Positions 1-12,185 of a stretch of DNA of 64,000 nucleotides are shown piece by piece. The notes below the pieces were generated by a model. That model saw nothing but the letters and a program-made list of their open reading frames with translations. It made no database searches and was not told the DNA's origin. The position numbers were made by a program, and so were the translations under genes. The DNA is from Octopus sinensis (Eukaryota). Positions within the stretch are counted from its first letter, which is position 1; the number at the start of each line of letters is the position of its first letter. The stretch covers positions 4,774,001 to 4,838,000 of the forward strand of contig NC_043017.1 in NCBI RefSeq assembly GCF_006345805.1, written 5' to 3'.

Positions 1-623
1 AGTACTGTATGTGTATTTGTGTAATAATTTTGATACAAAGACTGATGCTTTATTTTATCGATCTCAAAAGGATGAACGGTAAAGTTGACGTTGGCGGGAT
101 TTGAGCCGGAAGAAAATACCGCAAGATACTTTTTTGCCGACACTGTATCTCTACTGTTAATCCATTGCTCTTTATTGCACAGTAATGAATTCACGAAAAC
201 AGAAACGTTTATACGTAAATTCTATTATGGAAAACTATATATTTCGGAGATATACTTGTCTGGCAAATAATTTGATCTGAGACCGTGTGCTGAAAGTAAA
301 ATAATTACAGCCGGAAAGACACGTTTTAGCCGTTCAAAAAACACGCAAAGACTGTTAAGCGTGGCTGTGTGGTGAGAATTTTGCTTCCCAACAATATGGT
401 TCCGGGTTCAGTCCCACTGCATGGAACTTTTTGGCGAGTGTTTACCGCTGTAGCCCCTTACCGACCAAAGCTTTGTGAGGGGATTTGGCAGATGGAAACT
501 AAAAGAAGCCCGTTTTGTGTGTGTGTGTCTTTCTTTGTGTTTGTTTTTCTCCACCGCTTGACAATGTTTTTAAGGCCGTAAACACACCAACACTGGTTTT
601 CAACAGATGGTCTCACACACACA

Positions 624-673
<50 letters not shown>

Positions 674-690
674 ACGGGTTCGTTTCAGTT

Positions 691-1117
691 TTATTATTGC
701 TAAAGAATGCAATAATAATTACCAACGGATCTATATTCAATAAGCTGATATTACTATTTACCATTAAATAGTAATTACACTAGAAGTGTACAGTATATAC
801 TACTGTCTTATTTTTAAACATCGAATGGCTAGAAGGGTACATCAGAGTAAAACAGGAATGAAAGAAGTCTTAGATAAAAAAAAAATGGTTGAAAAAAAAT
901 CTGGTTTACCATAACAGTGAATGATCAAGCCTTTCAAGTCACGTGATTGACTGAAGCACCGTAATTCTCAGCTACAGACGACAGCATATAAAGACAGCAG
1001 CGTATACTATTCACTTCTATAGTAATTACTATTTAATGGTAAATAGTAATATCAGCTTATTGAATATAGATCCGTTGGTATTATTATTATTGCACTCTTT
1101 AGCGATTAAAATAAACG
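691..1117. mobile_element. Foldback/MITE-like element with ~120 bp terminal inverted repeats
   Basis: ~691-809 is the reverse complement of ~991-1117, with a perfect 59-bp core (720-778 vs 1022-1080: taccaacggatctatattcaataagctgatattactatttaccattaaatagtaattac). Spacer is ~180 bp. Confidence 0.8.
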
Positions 1118-1574
1118 TTACTAGAAATTTTCTTTTATTGGCGATTAAAACCTTCGACGAAGTACGGTATTTTTGACATTTTAACTCATAAATATTTTAT
1201 AAATTTCAACTCTAGCGTTAATTATGCTTAACAACTCAATTTTTATTGATAATAAAATCGTGTGTGATTGATTGATTAGAGTTTAAAATCCTTCGAAATA
1301 TCACTGTAAAGACTGTTTTATTATTTTATTTTATTTTATTTTACTTGTTTCTGTCATTGGACACCGCCTTGAAAGGGTTTGGTGGAACGGACTCCGGTGC
1401 TTATTTTCAAACTTGGTATTTCATTCTATGTGTTTCTTTTGTCGAACTGCTAAGTTACGGAGGCGTAAACAAAGCTGGCTGTGAAGTAGTGATGGGAAAC
1501 AAGCACAGAAAAAAGCGGTGCCCCAACATACATACACACACATACATACTACATACATACAGACAGACAGACAA

Positions 1575-1737
1575 TTAATCCAAACATGAACAAAGGGAAA
1601 CCACAACAACGTGAAGACGTGGAACAAGTATAGTGTTATTGGACGCTCAGGAAAGGAAAGAAAGGAGGAGGATTTAACGTTTCGAGCGGAGCTCTTCGTC
1701 AGAAACATAGAAAAAGGAAAGGTCCAAGGAAGGGAAA
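1575..1737 (-). mobile_element. Penelope-like element fragment (family 1) with minimal hammerhead ribozyme motif
   Basis: Repeated at 3550-3760 and 16038-16285. Minus strand 1705-1673 reads TTT-CTGACGA-A-GAGC-tcc-GCTC-GAAA-CG-TT-AAA, the hammerhead core layout known from Penelope-like element pseudo-LTRs. Confidence 0.7.
1673..1705 (-). ncRNA. Minimal type I hammerhead ribozyme motif (intact CUGACGA/GAAA core)
   Basis: CUGACGA box, stem II GAGC/GCUC, GAAA box, palindromic ACGU stem III, stem I UUU/AAA, putative GUU cleavage triplet. Confidence 0.6.
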
Positions 1738-1809
1738 ACACACCTTCAAAATTGCTTTATTCTCGTTACTTTTTGATATTGTTAAGTAGGATGTGAGCTT
1801 AGCTTAAAC

Positions 1810-1953
1810 CAGTGGTTCCCAACCTTTTCACTACCAAGGACCCCTTTTATTTAAATGAATTTTTCCACGGACCCCAGGATATTGAAAGGTCTATCAGCTT
1901 ATGTTTACAGACCTTTAGTACTACCTTTGCGGACCACAAGTTGGGAACCATTG
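1810..1953. mobile_element. hAT (Charlie-type) MITE
   Basis: TIRs cagtggttcccaac ... gttgggaaccattg. Flanks gcttaaac / gcttgaat form a degenerate 8-bp TSD. Confidence 0.8.
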
Positions 1954-2314
1954 GCTTGAATCAACAAGTTACTTCCCTCCGCCTTCTTAAGCCATCAAGG
2001 GTCTCCATTCCATACATTTTAACCCTTAACTGTACACTAGCTCCCTCTGTTTAATCTTTTTCAATGAATGTAGACAAAAATACTCCTAAAAGGAACCTTA
2101 TATTTTGACATTGTTTTTCGAGGGGATTTTTCTCTTTAAAATTTTATTTGATCCAGCCATTGAACTGCGGCCATGTTGGGGCACCGCCTTGAGGGGTTTA
2201 GCCAATCGAATAATCTGTACTTACTTTTTAAAAACTTGGTACTTTATCCTTATCAAGCCGCTAAATTACGAGGACATAAACAAACCTATACTGGTTGTCA
2301 GACATGCCTGGGAG

Positions 2315-2393
2315 CTCACACTCATTCTAACACGTACACACTCGTTCTAACACGCACACACACTCGTTCTAACACGCACACACACACACTCAT

Positions 2394-2429
<36 letters not shown>

Positions 2430-2525
2430 TCTTACACACACACACACACTCATTCTTACACACACACACACACTCATTCTTACACACACACACACACACT
2501 CATTCTTACACACACACACACTCAT

Positions 2526-2560
<35 letters not shown>

Positions 2561-2621
2561 ATTCTTACACACACTCATTCTTACACGCACACACACTCAT
2601 TCTAACACGCACACACACACT

Positions 2622-2655
<34 letters not shown>

Positions 2656-2790
2656 TTCTTACACACACACACACTCATTCATACACAGACACACACATAC
2701 ACTCTCTCTCTCATTCATACATACACACACACACACACACACTCTCTCTCTCTTATTCATATACACACGCTCTCACTCACTCACTCACAC
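2315..2790. repeat. Compound minisatellite (ctcattctt + (ac)n)
   Basis: About 15 units of ctcattct(t/a)(ac)n. Explains the His/Thr ORF at 2173-2946. Confidence 0.9.
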
Positions 2791-3184
2791 AGACGTTTTT
2801 CCTCTCCCAAACACCATAATACGTCAACAGTGAACTCCATTTTTCTTTCCTTCGCGACCTTTAATTACTTCGGAATAGATTTTCTTATGTTTGCTGTCAA
2901 CAGTTGCATTACTATTCATAATATATTCACCGCTAAACGTTGTTAGCAGTCCTATTACTATTTCTGCAGTCTAATCATAGATATCTTTGGAAATTTATCA
3001 ATTATTTCTTTTTCTTCAAACTCTCTTGGGAGTTTCTCTACAATTTTTGTCTTCTGCTGCAAAACCAGATGTTTTTTTTTTTGTGTTGATTGTTTTTCTT
3101 TTCATAAAACGAGGATATCAGTTTGGTGTTGCTTTGAAATCGTTGTTGTCATTTTGGATGCGTTGCTGTCTACTCAAATGCTTG

Positions 3185-3222
<38 letters not shown>

Positions 3223-3335
3223 ATGTATGTGTGGGTGTTATGCGTGCCTGAGTGTGGGTGAGTGTGTTATGCGTGTGTGTATGTTATGTGTATTATGTGT
3301 GCGCGTCTGTGTACAATGTTTATGTGTACAATATG

Positions 3336-3371
<36 letters not shown>

Positions 3372-3549
3372 GTATATGTATGTATATGTATATGTATGTA
3401 TCTATGTATATGTATATGTATGTATCTATGTATATGTATATGTATATGTATGTATCTATGTATATGTATATATATGTAAATATATGTGTATGTATGTATA
3501 TGTATATATGTATGAATGTATATGTATGTATATATATATATACATATAT

Positions 3550-3760
3550 AAAGTTAATCCAAACGTGAAAACACAAATAGAAAACACAACAACGCGAGGA
3601 CGTGGAACAAATATAGTATTAGTGGACGCTCAGGAAGGAAGGGAAGAAGGAGGGTTTAACGTTTCGAGCGGAGCTCTTCGTCGGAAACATAGGAAAAGGA
3701 AAGATCCAGAGAAGGGAAGACGGAGGAAAAAAAATCGCCAACGGTACACACGCGGTCACA
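3550..3760 (-). mobile_element. Penelope-like element fragment (family 1) inserted in (TA)n, hammerhead variant CCGACGA
   Basis: Near-identical to 16038-16250 and flanked on both sides by TA/TATG repeats. Hammerhead-like motif at 3655-3687. Confidence 0.7.
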
Positions 3761-3857
3761 TATATATATATGTATGTATGTATATATGTACACGTTGGTG
3801 ATATACTGTACTTAATGTGTATTTTTTATTTATATATATATGTATATATTAAATATA

Positions 3858-4094
3858 CAGGGTTGGCCAAAAGTCACCAGACAGTAAATCAAAATTCCAT
3901 AAAAACTTCAATTTTATTTATTCATTCCAATTATGAATGTTTAATAATTGAATGCTGTGAGTTAAAATCCCCGTTTTTTTCTCTTCAACATTTGCCTATT
4001 TATTAGCGAAGTCTCATATAAAACAATTATTTGTTTTAATCTTGGAATTAAATGGCTTTTGATTTACTGTCAGGTGACTTTTGGCCATACCCTG
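3858..4094. mobile_element. Tc1/mariner MITE
   Basis: TIRs cagggttggccaaaagtcacc ... ggtgacttttggccataccctg, with TA on both sides. Confidence 0.85.
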
Positions 4095-4100
4095 TACGAA

Positions 4101-5188
4101 TAGGGTGGTCCGAAAGTCTTGTCAGCCGCTTCCGAAAAGAAACAAGAACAATATAATAATATCAAACACATGTAACTGGTTTTAGGATATTCACATTCAT
4201 TGACCCTGTCACACATCGAGAAGGTCTGTATGAACACCGTAATTTTCATGGCGCAAAATGATGCGACGCCATGTCCTGTGTGATATTTTACGAGGATGTT
4301 CTTGGTGATTGTTGCAAAAGCTGTCGAAAAGAGCGTCCTTCAAATGTTGGGTATTCTAGTATTGCCCTTGTGAAACTCTCTCCTTGATAATACTCCAAGG
4401 AGTGTTGCTGTAAGGCGTGAGGTCTTGACTTCTGGGAGGCCAATCGATCCTCGCCCCATCCATCTATTCCGATAAACCCTCATTCAGGTATTCCCTGACA
4501 TTGATGGTATAGTGGGGTGGGGCACCGTCTTGTAGAAACCAACAATCCTTCAAATTTACGTTCAACCTCTGGAGCTTGTGGAACAAACCAGACTTTGTAC
4601 CATTTTGTACCACGAAAATGATGGTGCTCATACAAACCTCCTCGATGTTTGTCAATGTCAGTGAAAGTGAATATACTAAAACCAGTATATGTATTTGATA
4701 TTATGATATTGTTCCTCTAAGGCGGCGAGCTGGCAGAAACGTTAACGCGCTGGGCGAAATGCTTTGCGGTATTTCGTCAGCCGTTACGTTCTGAGTTTAA
4801 ATTCCGCCGAGGTCGACTTTGCCTTTCATCATTTCGGGATCGATAAATTAAGTACCAGTTATACACTGGGGTCGATATAATCGACTTAATCCATTTGTCT
4901 GTCCTTATTTGTCCTCTCTGTGTTTAGCCCCTTGTGGGTACTAAAGAAATAGGTATTTCGTCTGTCGCTACTTCTGAGTTCAAATACTGCCGAGGTCGAC
5001 ATCGCCTTTCATCCTTTCGGAGTCGATAAATTAAGTACCAGTGAAACACTGGGGCCAATGTAATCGACTATCCCCCCTGCCCTAAATTTCCGGCCTTGTG
5101 CCTATAGTAGAAAGGATTATTATATTGTTCCTCTTTTGTTCTTGCTACTTTTTGGTAAGGGGTGACAAGGCTTTCAGACCACTCTCTA
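4101..5188 (-). mobile_element. Internally deleted Tc1/mariner transposon with transposase remnant; right TIR split by a SINE
   Basis: Minus-strand peptide WFLQDGAPPHYTINVREYLNE followed (frameshifted) by RWMGRG..DWPPRSQDLTP, the transposase catalytic region. ~100-bp TIR at 4101-4205 matches 4651-4718 plus 5122-5188. Confidence 0.85.
4719..5121 (+). mobile_element. Octopus SINE family B (OK-like), dimeric copy
   Basis: Head ggcggcgagctggcagaaacgtt...gagttcaaattcc and central gcctttcatcctttcggggtcgataaattaagtaccag present twice. 13-bp TSD atattgttcctct (4706-4718, 5122-5134). Other copies at ~1-130, 7670-7910, 13020-13240, 28484-28738, 29010-29142, 36680-36907, 49755-50132, 58670-59090, 61545-61778. 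Confidence 0.85.
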
Positions 5189-5984
5189 CATATATATATA
5201 TATCTATAAGGTATGTTTTATACATGTATATTACATGTATGCATATGTGTGTATATATGTATACATATATATGTGTGTGTGTGTGTGTGAAGAACCATTC
5301 AGTACGTGAAATGTTCGTGAATATAAAATGAAACAGTGTTGAGTCAGTGGTTTTGTCCAATATTACAATGATAATGCTTTTGTGGTTTGTTAATGTTATT
5401 AAATAAAGGCATAGCTTCATAATACGAAAGTGTATCTGATTCAGCTTCACTGGGCTGCAGTTATTGTTGTTTGTTATGCAGCCCAAGGCCAGCGCTGATC
5501 GTGCCGTCCTAGTCTTATAGCAAGCGGATTAGACGACAATTGTAGTTCGGTACTTATTGTTTGAAGTATTCATCTTATTACTATATCTGGGGGTCTCTGC
5601 ATTGGGAAAGTAGATGTTGCAGTTCTTTCTATGTGTGTGTGTGTGTTTATCCAGTAACCGTGCAAGGACAAATGAAAGGCCAAAACACTCATCAAGGACA
5701 TGCTCAAATAAAAGCGTAGCAGAAAGGCTAACAATAGACGTATTCGTAAATGAAATGTCGTAACTTTCAGTACTAAGAAGCTTGTTTCCCAACCATGTGG
5801 TTTCGGGTTCAGTCCCACTGCGTGACACTTTGGTCAGGTGTCTTCTACTATAGCCTCGGGCAGACCAAAGCCTTGTGAGTGAATTTGGTAGATGGAAACT
5901 GAAAGGAAACCGTTGTGTGTGTGTCACAGCTAGCCGCCATGATTTACCGCTAGCTTCAAAAGTTTTTTTTTTTTTATCCTCTCT

Positions 5985-6120
5985 TTATTTATTTCCTCGT
6001 GTTCCTTTCTGTTGAAGAGCGTAGGCTCGAAACATAAAAGTCTTTCTCACCTTTACGAGCGTTAAACTAATACACCTGTTTGTTGTTTATACACATGTCT
6101 TAGTCTTTTGTTTTTCTGTA
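5985..6120 (+). mobile_element. Penelope-like element fragment (family 2) with degenerate hammerhead motif
   Basis: 6006-6039 reads TTT-CTGTTGA-A-GAGC-gtag-GCTC-GAAAC-ATA-AAA. Homologous minus-strand copy at ~41560-41720. Ends in (TA)n. Confidence 0.6.
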
Positions 6121-6283
6121 TATATATATATATATATAAAGAGAAAAATGGAACAAGAACGTAACAGGCGACAACAAAGCATCCGGACAGTTAGACGAAA
6201 CAGAAAAGGACAGGAAAAAACAAGGTCATTCGGAGCTTCCTGTCCTCAGTCGAGTTCCAGATCATCATAGCAGTTTCGGCCGG

Positions 6284-6317
<34 letters not shown>

Positions 6318-7119
6318 TGTGTGTGTCCCTTTGTTTGTCCCTGACATTGCTTGACAAGCGGTGTTGATATGTTTACGTCTCTGTAACTTCGCGGTTCGGC
6401 AAAACGAAGGCAACAAAAGAGTCAGGCTTAAAAATAAGCTTGGTTCGACTAAAATAACTCTTCAAAGTCCCGTCCCATCGTAGGCACAGCCCAATGACTG
6501 AAATAAGTAAGTAAAAGTGTAAAAAAAAAGAAAAAAAGAAAATGGCGAGTTTCTTGTGAAACGAAAGTCTTAATACAAACTCGAAAACAAAGTAATTGGC
6601 CTCAACACATCCTCTGACCTACATTTGTTGTTCAGTGAAATGCTGTTTTTTATTTTCCTTCTCAAAGAAGCCTTAGTTCACCGATCCACTTTACAACTGA
6701 GGAAACCATTGTACAACAACTCACACTTTAACACAGATCGATTGTTTGTTACTCTTGTTTGTTCATTTATTTTTATTAATTTATTTCGTTTATTTTTAGA
6801 TGTAGTTAAGAGTTTGATTAATGTCGTCTGTTTACTTTCAGGAAATGCAACTGATGGGCGGGTGAGGGGGGTTAGCAGGACGGGGTGGTGGGGAAAGAAA
6901 TGGAGGCAAGGAGGCTGGCAAGGAGAGAGAAAGGGAGGGGATATGGTATGAAATTAAATCATATGCACTTTTCTTGTCAATCTCTCTCCTCTTTCTCACT
7001 GTTCTTCTTACTCTCTCTCTCTTGTTCTCTCTCATTTATACTCCCGTGCAATTAGATATCTACACGTGCATATATATCATCCGATCTCCTAATATATGAG
7101 TATGCGTATATATATATAT

Positions 7120-7165
<46 letters not shown>

Positions 7166-9348
7166 ACGACGCACTTATGCATCTCATTCGCACATCACAC
7201 ACTGTTTCTTTTCTTTTTGGGGGGGAGAAAAAGAAGGGCTCCCACTTACTAAATATAGAACTCAGTCCTCTAAACAAAATAGCTAAACGTATGCCTATTA
7301 ATGTCTAACTTATAGACTTATAAATCTCTAAATTTAATCACGAGCGATACCTGACGTTTGGTGTATTTCCACGCAACCCAGAAATGAAATAGAATGCGTC
7401 AGCATGAAACAGCTGTTTCTTCTCGTAACGCACACATGATATGTAATGTAATGAAAAGGAAAGACGATAAACAGAGGTAAGAAAACGATGCGGAGTTGGG
7501 TAGCGAAGGTTCTAATGAAGTTGGAACTTCCAGCCATACAGATTCGTATGCTAATTTCTTAATATAAAATGATAAAGTGACTTGTACCTGTAATTCAAAG
7601 GGCCAACCTTTTTACGCTTAGTGTCACACTGAATCTCCCTGAGAACTATGTTAAGGGTACGTGTGTCTGCTGCGAGCTTGTAGAAACATTAGCACGCCGG
7701 GCGAAATGCTTGGCGGTATTTCGTCTGCTGTTACGTTCTGAGTTCAAATTCCGCCAGTCGATTTTGCCTTTCATCCTTTCGGAGTCGATTAAATAAGTAC
7801 CAGTTACGCACTGGGGTCGATGTAATCGACTTAATACCTATGTCTGTCCTTGTTTGTCCCCTCTGTGTTTAGCCCCTTGTGGGTAGTAAAGAAATAGGTA
7901 TTTCGTCTGCGGAGTGCTCAGTCACTTGCAGGTTCATTTCACGAGCAGGCTGTTCCGTTGATCAGATCAACTGGGGTTTTTTGCTTCGTCTTAAGCGGCA
8001 GTGTATCAGTTGCAGCTGCGTACGTTTGTTCGTTCTTAGCTATTTAGTTATTTGAAATCTTCCTTTAAGAGCAGAGCTTGTTTCTAACAAACATACAAAA
8101 TAATTTGTTTTGAACCGTCCAACAACAACACACACGCAGGCGAAAGAGGTAGTATGGAAGACGAGAGTGAAAGGAATTGCAACAGGCATGTTCATCTCCA
8201 GTCTAGAGCTAATCGACTTTTTCGCTTTCCACATGAAACGGAAAATATGGCTGGAGATGAAATGCCTGTCGCAAAGTGTTTCGTAAAAGATGGAAGTCTG
8301 TAGCAAGTATGTTGTGAGTGAAAGAACCTGTTTAATCGAGAATATAAAAAAGGAGAAAGCAAAGTCTTCAGTGTGAGTCTGTGGTTTGTGGGGTCAACCG
8401 CGTCCTCTGCTTCATTTTTTTGTAAATCACTCATTCTCATTTAATTGTATATATATTTTAATTGTTTGTTTATTCATATACGTTTCGTCTCATTCGATAC
8501 CCTGACCCCAATGTTTGCTTTGCCTGTCCTCGTATCGTCCCCTCTTTATCTCAACCTTATAGTGAATAAAGAAACACTCTCTCTCTCTCTGCATATGTTG
8601 TTGGACAACAGATTAGTTGTGAACACTAGCGTCTACAAGAATCTCTCTGAAATGCTTCGTTATCAGATTTATATCGTACGAGTGGCTATTTTCACTTGTT
8701 GACTCTTGTCATAATTTGTATCGAGCGAGAGATTTCGCAAAATGACTGATATACAAAAATAACGAAACAGATGCGCTGTGTTTGCGATAGAATTAATAAG
8801 CAACATGAAAAATGGTCACAGAGAGAGAGAGAGAAAGAGAGAGAATTGGTGAAAAATTAGTGAGGAGTTCTTTCCTACGTATAATTAATGAACATAACGT
8901 ATGGATAATTTATGAAATTGCTTAAGGCGAGCCATTAAAATACAGCATTGAAAAACATACATATTGCTTTAATAATCTGATATTTCGGCATTTTTTTTCT
9001 CTCACGAATCAGAAAGTTGGTTTAAATGAAACATAATTAATGATGATAGCTTGTAATGTGTATAAAGTTAATAGATGCCAGTTAATGAATCATGGAAGAG
9101 TCGGGGCGCACAACATGGAAGCCCTTATAATGAAAATTCACAGAAGTAATGAAATTAACGCAACAGGGGTTTCCTCTGAATTAATGAACTACGTAAGAGG
9201 CCTCCACGGAGTTTGTAGAATCACGGAGAGAAAGGATAATTTCAATTTACCGGATCATTAAATTGCGATCCGTGCAATCTCTAACTTCAACTGATCCATT
9301 GTCACATAAATGCGTGCACGTGTATGTGACATGCGCGCATGTGTGTGG

Positions 9349-9414
<66 letters not shown>

Positions 9415-9415
9415 G

Positions 9416-9576
9416 GGCGCAGGAATGGCTGTGGTAAGTAGCTTGCTTACCAACCACATGGTTCTGGGTTCAGTCCCACTGCCTGGCACCTTGGGCAAGT
9501 GTCTTCTACTATAGCCTCGGGACAACCAAAGCCTTGTGAGTGGATTTGGTAGACGGAAACTGAAAGAAGCCCGTCG

Positions 9577-9615
<39 letters not shown>

Positions 9616-9812
9616 GTATGCATATGTTTGTGTGTGTGTGTGTCCCTCCAACATCGCTTGACAACCGATGCTGGTGTGTCACTTGGCGGTTCGGCAAAAG
9701 AGAACGATAGAATAAGTACAAGGCTTACAAGAATAAGTCCTGGGGGTCGATTTCCTCGACTAAAGGCGGTGCTCCAGCATGGCCGCAGTCAAATGACTGA
9801 AACAAATAAAAG
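9416..9812 (+). mobile_element. Octopus SINE family A (CORE-like, OR-type), near full length
   Basis: tRNA-like head (tggctgtggtaag...ggttcagtccc), CORE-like caccttgggcaagtgtctt, internal (TA)n(TG)n, tail ggcggtgctccagcatggccgcagtcaaatgactgaaac. More than 20 further copies or fragments, e.g. 360-690, 5775-6520, 10708-11150, 15380-15732, 20302-20698, 36290-36680, 39888-40330, 50420-50810, 60725-61085, 63675-63925. Confidence 0.9.
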
Positions 9813-10021
9813 TGAGAGAGATTTACATGTATCCCACTTTCTCTCTTCCGTCTCTTTGTGTGTGTAAATATGTGCGTGTATGTGTATGTGTGTAAATGTG
9901 TGCGTGCATGTGTGTAAATGTGTGTGTGTGCATGTATGTGTGTAAACGTGTGCGTGCATGTGTGTAAATGTGTGCGTGCATGCGTGTAAATGTGTGCGTG
10001 CATGTGTGTAAATGTGTGTGT

Positions 10022-10355
10022 GAAGGCGTGTGGCTTAGTGGTTAGGGTTGTACACGACTCGTAGTCATAACGTGTGTTATGACTCATAACTCGGCGACGC
10101 GTTTTATCCTTGAGCAAGATACTTCATTTTCACGTTGCTCCAGTCCGCTCTGCTGGCAAAACGGGTTGTACCTGTATTTCTTCAAAAGGACCGATCTTGT
10201 CACACTCAGCGTCACACTGAACCTCTCTAAGAACTACCTTAAGAGAACACGTATCTGTGGAGTACTCAGCCACTTGCACGTTAATTTTCACGAGCAGGCT
10301 GTTCCGTTGATCGGATCAACTGGCACCATTATCGTCTTAACCGACGGAGGACCAC
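10022..10355 (+). mobile_element. Octopus SINE family C (tRNA head + CORE-like domain)
   Basis: Head gaaggcgtgtggcttagtggttagg, then tccttgagcaagatactt and tail cagccacttgcacgttaatttcacgagcaggctgttccgttgatc. Related copies at 7575-8010, 47895-48160 (minus) and 55195-55505. Confidence 0.75.
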
Positions 10356-11639
10356 TGTGTATGTATGTGTGTGTGTGTGTGTGTATGTATTTCTAACATA
10401 AGGTTTGAACTAAAAAAAAAAAAGGAAAAATTCCAAAGGTGGGGTAAAGCAGAAAGCTGTTGCAGAACAGGGATCGGCAAAGTGATCAATATTGATCCTT
10501 AGGGGTCAATATGGCTAACCAAGGGGTCGATAAACACTTGAAACAATTTTTAAGCATTAAGGGTGTTGAATTATTCATTAGTGCACTGATTCTGGGAAAA
10601 GCGCAGTTAATTTAAGTCTAAAATTCATTAATTTCTAGTCAAATTTTCTATGCAATAATTAATATTCACCAAACACGTATTTCGCATTAAATATTCCAAC
10701 CATATCAATGTGGCTGTGTGGTAAGATGTTCGCTTTCCAACCACATGGTTTCATGTTCGGTCCACTGTGTGGCAACTTGCGCAAGTGTTTTTCTATTATA
10801 GCCTCGAGCCGACCAAAATCTCGTGGATGAATTTGGTTAACGGAAACCGAAAGAAGACCGCCATATGTATAAATGTATATCTATGTGTGCATGCGTCTTT
10901 GTTCGTTCCCCATCCTCTGCTTGACAACCGGTGTTGGTGTGTTTACGTCTCACGTAACTTAGTGGTTCGGCAAAAGAGACCGATAGAATAAGTACCAAAT
11001 TTATATTTAAGAAATTCCTAGAATGATAGAATAAATACAAAGCTTTTAAAAAACCATAAGTATCGGGGTCGATTCGATCGGCCAAAATTCTGAAAGGTGG
11101 TGCTCAAGCATGGCCACAGTTTAATGACTGAAACAAGTAAAAGATAAAGAATAATGTCTGAATCTTTATTGATCATTTATCAATTTCGTTAAGTATTTTT
11201 AATAAATTTCTTGGAATATTTCTTATTAGAAAAGCGATAAGAAAACAAAAGATCGTCAGAATTATTTGTTTTTTAAGTCAAGAAATTTATTATTAATTCT
11301 AGCTTTAAATTTTATTTTAGAAATTTACGTGATGGGGGAATCGATAAGTTATCAATGATTCTGTGGAGGTGGGTCAGTCATGAGAGAAATCTATCGAACA
11401 CACCGTTCGACTTTCCAATCACATCAGTTGGTCCATGTGACCTTCTCCTCAGAGCTACCAACTCATTATTGACGACGACGACAGCGTAAGTTAGTATGTG
11501 TTTAGAACACACACACACACACACACACACACTTTCCTTCTCTGTCTCTCACTCACTCACTCGAGCGTGTTGTAGACACTCCTTTCTAGCAAGTACGAAG
11601 CTAATATCAAATTCATATTGTGTTGCAATGTTTTTCTGC

Positions 11640-11652
11640 TTTATATATGTGT

Positions 11653-11707
<55 letters not shown>

Positions 11708-11774
11708 CATGTGTATATATATATATGTGTGTGTGTGTGTGTGCATGTGTATATATATATATGTGTGTATGTGA

Positions 11775-11821
<47 letters not shown>

Positions 11822-11983
11822 GTGTGTGTGCATGTGTATATATGTGTGTGTGTGTGTGTGCATGTGTATATATTTTGTGTGTGTGTGTGTATGTGAATGT
11901 GTATATATATATATATGTGTGCGTGTGTACGGAGATATATGCATTTATACGTGTGTATGTGCATGTATATGTATGTATGCATA

Positions 11984-12051
<68 letters not shown>

Positions 12052-12185
12052 AGTACATTTACACGCGTGTATATACATGTGCGTGTTCATATATGCTTGT
12101 ATGTATATATGTGTGTGTAAATATATATACACACATTCAATGTGAAATACATACGCACTAGCACACACACACACATACACATATA
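11640..12185. repeat. Compound (TA)n/(TG)n microsatellite array
   Basis: Alternating TA and TG runs. Similar arrays at 3185-3548, 14155-14570 and 46990-47260. Confidence 0.95.

Noticed and set aside
2173-2946. 257-aa His/Thr-rich ORF and the many YI/CV/HT ORFs across the window
   Set aside because: They are translations of (CA)n, (TA)n and (TG)n microsatellites.
9247-9654. Recurrent peptides such as RLPNPLTRLWSARGYSRRHLPKVP that look like a gene family
   Set aside because: They are translations of the family A SINE.
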